A stretch of DNA of 64,000 nucleotides from the NCBI RefSeq assembly GCF_021869535.1, contig NW_026262679.1, positions 118,420,001-118,484,000 on the forward strand, written 5' to 3'. The translations under genes were made by a program, and so were the position numbers. Every line of letters begins with the position of its first letter. Position 1 is the first letter of the stretch. Source of the stretch: Mytilus californianus (taxonomy: Eukaryota). Below the pieces are notes generated by a model. The model was not told where the DNA came from. It saw only the letters and a program-made list of their open reading frames with translations, and did not search any database. Shown here piece by piece: positions 61,714 to 64,000 of this stretch.

Positions 61714-62416
61714 TTAATGTTATACAAATAGTAATGATTGATGTCTGCTTAACATCCAGCTGTAAATAATACATGCATATTCAGGATAACAAAACCCTGC
61801 TTTGCACTGTACTGAAATGCGGAGTTAGGTTGTTTTTTGCGCTTTGTTCAGATCTGGTAAGCCATACCATTTCCAACTGATTTTTAAAATTTATTCTTAT
61901 TTGAACTGTTACAACATAGCCCCAGGTAAGGGGAAGGGTTGAGCGCTCACAAACATATGTTTACATTCTTTACATGCCTGTCCCAAGTCAGGAGCTTGTA
62001 ATTCATTGTTTGTCATTGGTTGCTGTCTGTTATATCTGTTTTTTGTTTATAAATCAGGCCATTTTTTTCGTTTGAATTGTTTCACATTTTGCCATGTCAC
62101 TGTCTAATAAAGCTGACTATATATATGTGTATGGGTTTTGCTCATTGTTAAAAGCCATCTGATGACCTCAAATTGTTTATATCCATTTTATTTGGACTCT
62201 CTTGGATAGTTGTCTCATTGGCAATCATACCACATCTCATTATTTAAAATATTGTGGGGAAAGGTCTTTTACCCAACCGTACATTATTGTTTTTTTTTGT
62301 AGCCATTGTACCTGATGACAGATTTTTTGAAATCTTCCCCACTTTTCAAATTTGACCTCAAGTGCTAACAGATCCCTACATGCAAAAACAGCCTATTTAT
62401 AAAGAATGATACTTAC

Positions 62417-62474
62417 GTTATATTTTTTAGGATTATTTTTGGAATTCTTTGGTTTATAATAAATAGTTGGGAAT
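62417..62474 (-). CDS. PDIA3: PDIA3 exon (FPTIYYKPKNSKNNPKKYN)
   Basis: ttttctactttcag|A TTC...AAC|gtaagt; 58 nt. Confidence 0.92.
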
Positions 62475-63213
62475 CTGAAAGTAGAAAATGACAAGTAATG
62501 AAGTATGACAAACCAATATAATAATTATAAGTAATCTATATCTTGAACAATTGTTTTCATTCATATTATCTATTTACTATATATTTTTTCACTTAAAATC
62601 ACCTTTGCTATTTACTATTAAACTATCAATCAAATAAACAAATCAAAATTGCTCAGTAACTCATGGCTCAAATTTCCTTTAACAAATTAGCTTTCAGTGA
62701 AAGAACTTAATGTCTTTAAAAGACATTATCAACTGACTGCCCCAAGTGCTCTTATATTGATCATGAGGCCAATTTTCTATAACTCTCTATGGACAATTGA
62801 AAATAATCATTCTAAAATCACAGCAAGTGATCTTTCAAAAATAATAAACTTTAATAATCAGAATAAATTAACCTGGTGTGAGTGAGGCAGGTATTTCAAA
62901 CAGGTAAAACTTCCTGTTTTGTATTTCAATAAAAACATTGATGATTTGTTATTGGTGCTATTAAAATTGGGAGGGCATTTCAAAAGGTTAATGATGATGA
63001 AATAAGAAGCATGTTTATTAGATAATTTCATTAATAATTTTGATATGCAAGAATTGACTTATTTATAATCATAATTCAAGGATTATGAAATGTGATGCAT
63101 GGCTGGACAAAGATTGGGAGTCTTGTCATACATTAATTTGAACAAATAATTGATGCCAGCATAGTTTCTGGTGACAATGTTTCATGCTTGATTTACATGT
63201 CCAGTGTACTTAC

Positions 63214-63293
63214 CCTTGAACTTCATATGGTTTAGGTACATCATTTGCTGTAGCATCCATTTTAGCTATAGTTACTCCAGTTTCTTCCTTTAA
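63214..63293 (-). CDS. PDIA3: PDIA3 exon (LKEETGVTIAKMDATANDVPKPYEVQG)
   Basis: gttaacag|TTA...GG|gtaagt; 80 nt; AKMDATANDVP motif. Confidence 0.95.
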
Positions 63294-63824
63294 CTGTTAA
63301 CAAAACATAACAGATTAACACATTGTTCATACCTATGGTCAGAAGTGTGATGATCAACTCATAGAAAATGTGCAGATATTATTTTGTGGTGCATACATTT
63401 ATAACAATACAGGTAAATACTATTCATACAGTCTTAACCTTACAATTGACAAATACAACCAATGTAGATTGATCAAACAAAAATAAAACCATTTAATTTA
63501 GGAGTGTGTAGGAAATTTGATAAACAGTCTCTGTAACCAGCAGTATTTTTAGTTTGTTTACACAGTATTTTGAGTATTTTGTGAGACTAGTTTGTCATGT
63601 GTATCCTTTATAAGCCTCCTTAGGATTGTGTGGTTTTTGTTTAAATATACAACTATTCGTTTAAGATTTGATAACTTGTGATCCAATATCAGTGTTCAGT
63701 TCAAACAAGTCTCAGGTTAATCCAGTATTTAATTTTCCCTGCACAAGCAGTACATTATGCTATTGAAATTAAACTACAAATTTAGCACAAGTATACATGT
63801 TTAATCTGAAGTAAAAGTATTTAC

Positions 63825-63953
63825 CATTTCTCCTAATTCTGCAAATTTAGGTTCTAATGATTTACAATGTCCACACCATGGAGCATAAAATTCTATCAAT
63901 ACGTCTCTACTGTCATCATTTACAATTTCATCAAAATTCTTAGCAACAACAGT
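63825..63953 (-). CDS. PDIA3: PDIA3 exon with the a' active site ([43 protein letters not shown]); gene continues beyond the window
   Basis: ttttcag|ACT...ATG|gtaaat; 129 nt; WCGHC thioredoxin motif. The downstream text (PYEV-GFPTIY, PKKY-GGRE) fits ERp57 better than ERp72. Confidence 0.95.
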
Positions 63954-64000
63954 CTGAAAAAATATGATAAAGACAATGGTTTATTGTGTTTTATATGCAT

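Noticed and set aside
61425-63953. Assignment as PDIA4/ERp72 or PDIA1
   Set aside because: DVPKPYEVQGFPTIY, PKKYNGGRE and the basic tail match ERp57/PDIA3 better; PDIA1 has an acidic tail.

Overview
Eukaryotic genomic DNA: very AT-rich, intron-rich and repeat-dense, with repeat families that look like those of a bivalve mollusc such as Mytilus (inference). It is not prokaryotic and has no CRISPR array. The genes were rebuilt by hand from splice sites and phases, and most are invisible in the ORF track. (1) The last exon of an MTMR10/11/12-type myotubularin-related protein (+, to 556). (2) An intronless 467-aa orphan ORF (+, 10954-12357). (3) A large TPR-repeat gene (+) with exons 19211-19515 and 21625-24918 and a possible first exon at 7929-7983, which would place the orphan ORF inside its intron. 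(4) A complete six-coding-exon TERB2 meiotic telomere gene (-, 39727-31203, 295 aa). (5) A complete six-exon MBD2/3 gene (+, 42996-53581, 253 aa), head-to-head with TERB2 across a ~230-bp interval carrying E2F and ETS motifs. (6) The last four exons of PDIA3/ERp57 (-, 63953-61425). The rest is Helentron-associated (HINE-like) elements with internal tandem arrays (one clearly nested in another), several MITEs, tRNA-derived SINEs and a decayed CR1/L2-type LINE containing a perfect 40-bp fold-back duplication. Best leads: the TERB2/MBD2/3 shared promoter, the nested orphan ORF/TPR locus, decoy splice acceptors made by a VNTR in TERB2, and the templated inversion in the LINE. I see no evidence of a wholly new multi-gene system. 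All homology calls are from recalled sequences, not database searches.
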